Below are positions 63,481-64,000 of a DNA stretch of 64,000 nucleotides, in pieces; position 1 is the first letter of the stretch, and every line of letters begins with the position of its first letter. This stretch comes from Octopus sinensis (taxonomy: Eukaryota). A model generated the notes under the pieces. The model was not told the origin of the DNA and did not search any database. It was given only the letters and a program-made list of their open reading frames with translations. The stretch is taken from contig NC_043006.1 in NCBI RefSeq assembly GCF_006345805.1, positions 15,562,001 through 15,626,000 on the forward strand, given 5' to 3'. Made by a program: the position numbers and the translations under genes.

Positions 63481-64000
63481 ACGGTGAGGGATACGTCAAC
63501 GTTTGCATTCTATAGTTGGGAGTACATAAACTGTCGGGCTATGGAGGACTGGTTGGATCCGGATAGCGCTTCAAATACACCGGGTTCGTATAAGATTCAT
63601 GCATAGCGACGAAACTATTCTGCGAAAACTCGTTCGGTATTCAAGTATTGCTCACGTGTCAAATTACGCCGAGCTGCCGTTACAGCTATAGGACGGATCT
63701 CCTCACGATCGTTGTCTGCCTTGAGAAAAGGTAATTTTCCCGTCCTTGATGCAACAGCGAAAGCACCTGTTCGGGGACGGATGCTTTTATGTTAGACCAA
63801 GCTTTCATCGATTTCATTTAAAACAAACAGGCAAAACTGGAAATGGAATCGTGGGGGGTTTTCTTCACGATTAGATTTACTGAAACATGAATGAAAACAG
63901 TAAAGACGCCCTATATCACAGGTAGCACTTGTAGGTCAGAACAAATCGCTAGACAAGGGAGCCACTCCGTCGTAGAAATACTCTTCTTCTTTTTCTTCTT

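Noticed and set aside
63560-63600. Minus-strand YTNPVY resembling an NPxY internalisation motif
   Set aside because: Short frame bounded by stops, with no transmembrane or receptor context.

Overview
AT-rich, microsatellite-dense animal DNA, most likely a coleoid cephalopod such as Octopus (inferred from the SINE families and repeat landscape). It looks intronic or intergenic. No host protein-coding gene is confidently recognisable, and most listed ORFs are translations of (TA)n, (CA)n and (TACA)n repeats. The window holds at least six tRNA-derived SINE families, several with clear target-site duplications (TSDs). It has a young, nearly intact CR1-clade LINE (50715-54877) plus a 5'-truncated sister copy (43954-44520), and older CR1, RTE and endonuclease relics. 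DNA transposons comprise a full-length decayed mariner (D34D), MULE, Chapaev-like and possible piggyBac relics, two non-autonomous Helitrons and two MITEs. There are also three long fold-back palindromes and a 16-unit minisatellite. The most striking signal, which no ORF explains, is 14 hammerhead-ribozyme (HHR) motifs from about seven sequence families, 10 of them between 21.7 and 36.2 kb. Most are minimal type I HHRs with a palindromic stem III, as described for Penelope-like elements and retrozymes. One family carries a compensatory U3-A8 core and another a non-canonical CCGA core. All motifs were found by eye and no activity has been tested.
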